A stretch of 62,672 bases of DNA, counting the filler, from Perkinsus olseni (Eukaryota), in the NCBI GenBank assembly GCA_013115125.1. It is 12 parts of 12 records of this genome, joined end to end, with 100 filler letters (N's around TTAATTAATTAA, not from the genome) between each part and the next. Parts side by side here need not be neighbours in the genome. Positions count along the whole stretch, not along the records: positions 57,618 to 62,672 come from JABANN010001221.1; 11 more parts are not named here. The stretch is one strand, 5' to 3'. The translations under genes and the position numbers were made by a program. A model generated the notes under the pieces. That model was given only the letters and a program-made list of their open reading frames with translations. It ran no database searches and was not told where the DNA came from. Below, in pieces: positions 61,829 to 62,672 of this stretch (its first letter is position 1; each line of letters opens with the position of its first letter).

Positions 61829-62672
61829 GAACTGTATTGAGGGGAAACTACGGGTCACAGCTGTAATCCAATCTGAGAAAGCCAAGATCAGTTCCTCTCG
61901 ATAGAATGACGGGTATGGATCAGTGATCCCTTTACTCCTACCAGAGAGTGGTGCAATTTGCAGTACTCTAAGGATGAACCCCCGAAAGCCAGGAGTCGGA
62001 TGCGAACGCTCTGCGTTGTTAGCTGGTCTCTTGTCGTCACCGGCGCCCCTATTCCCGCACTGACGCGTTTTGTCGTCCCTTTAAAGTGGTATAGTTTCTA
62101 CGTGAACTGTGTTATTTTGACTGTGGGTGGACTGCGTGACGGATGGGTTCCTGCCGGTGGTGTTCGAGAGATGAGTTTTCTCGTTTCGCTGCTACGAGTG
62201 GCAATAGCGATGAATCTCAACGGCTATCCCGTAGAGAGGCTTCGGAGTTCGTGATCTCCTTTATTGGGCTTCCAATTGATGTCTTCAATAAGTAACTTGG
62301 TTACTGCAGAACACAACGCTCCTTTCTCGGAATGAACATGACGCTGATCATCATCGGCTGAGGTATAAACGTGGTTTCACATAGCGAAGCAACGAGGGTC
62401 GTGTTACGGATTGGGCGGCGTGGCTTATTCATCGTCGAACAAAGCCGAAGTGAGCAGAAGGCGAAAGACAGTCTAGAATGCACCTATCATCACGGCGCAG
62501 CACCGACGACTCAACACGATTGACCGACCATAAACAAGCGTGAGAGGGCGTGATACCCAATAGTCATAGCCCCTTCCCGCTGACCGATGTCTCAACTAAT
62601 CTAGCGAATCAGGCAGAAGGCATTGCAAAACATGCGAGCGCCCTGAAGGGACAGGATTGTGTTTCACGCAGC

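Overview
This is eukaryotic DNA, not prokaryotic. It is an artificial concatenation of 12 unrelated ~5 kb contigs (5183, 5177, 5176, 5172, 5163, 5125, 5124, 5122, 5111, 5101, 5063, 5055 bp, in descending length) joined by 100-nt N44-TTAATTAATTAA-N44 linkers, so neighbourhoods are meaningful only within a contig. Short GT-AG introns, an apicomplexan-like IscU, a flagellar CCDC39 and a near-match to the Perkinsus spliced leader suggest an alveolate, probably Perkinsus (inference). Recognisable genes: CCDC39, mitochondrial IscU, PP1 inhibitor-2, an Asp-box repeat protein, a GT17 glycosyltransferase, a TPT-family transporter, three tandem Cys-rich GPI-type surface proteins and two paralogous 6-Cys secreted peptides. 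Mobile DNA is abundant: an APE-RT-RNaseH non-LTR element with two open ORFs, two Mutator/MULE transposases, several MITEs and a decayed Gypsy element with nested insertions. The most notable observation is a 206-bp solo LTR (TG...CA, 5-bp TSD) carrying an internal spliced-leader-like sequence, which suggests a retrotransposon that hard-wires the host trans-splicing leader into its LTR.
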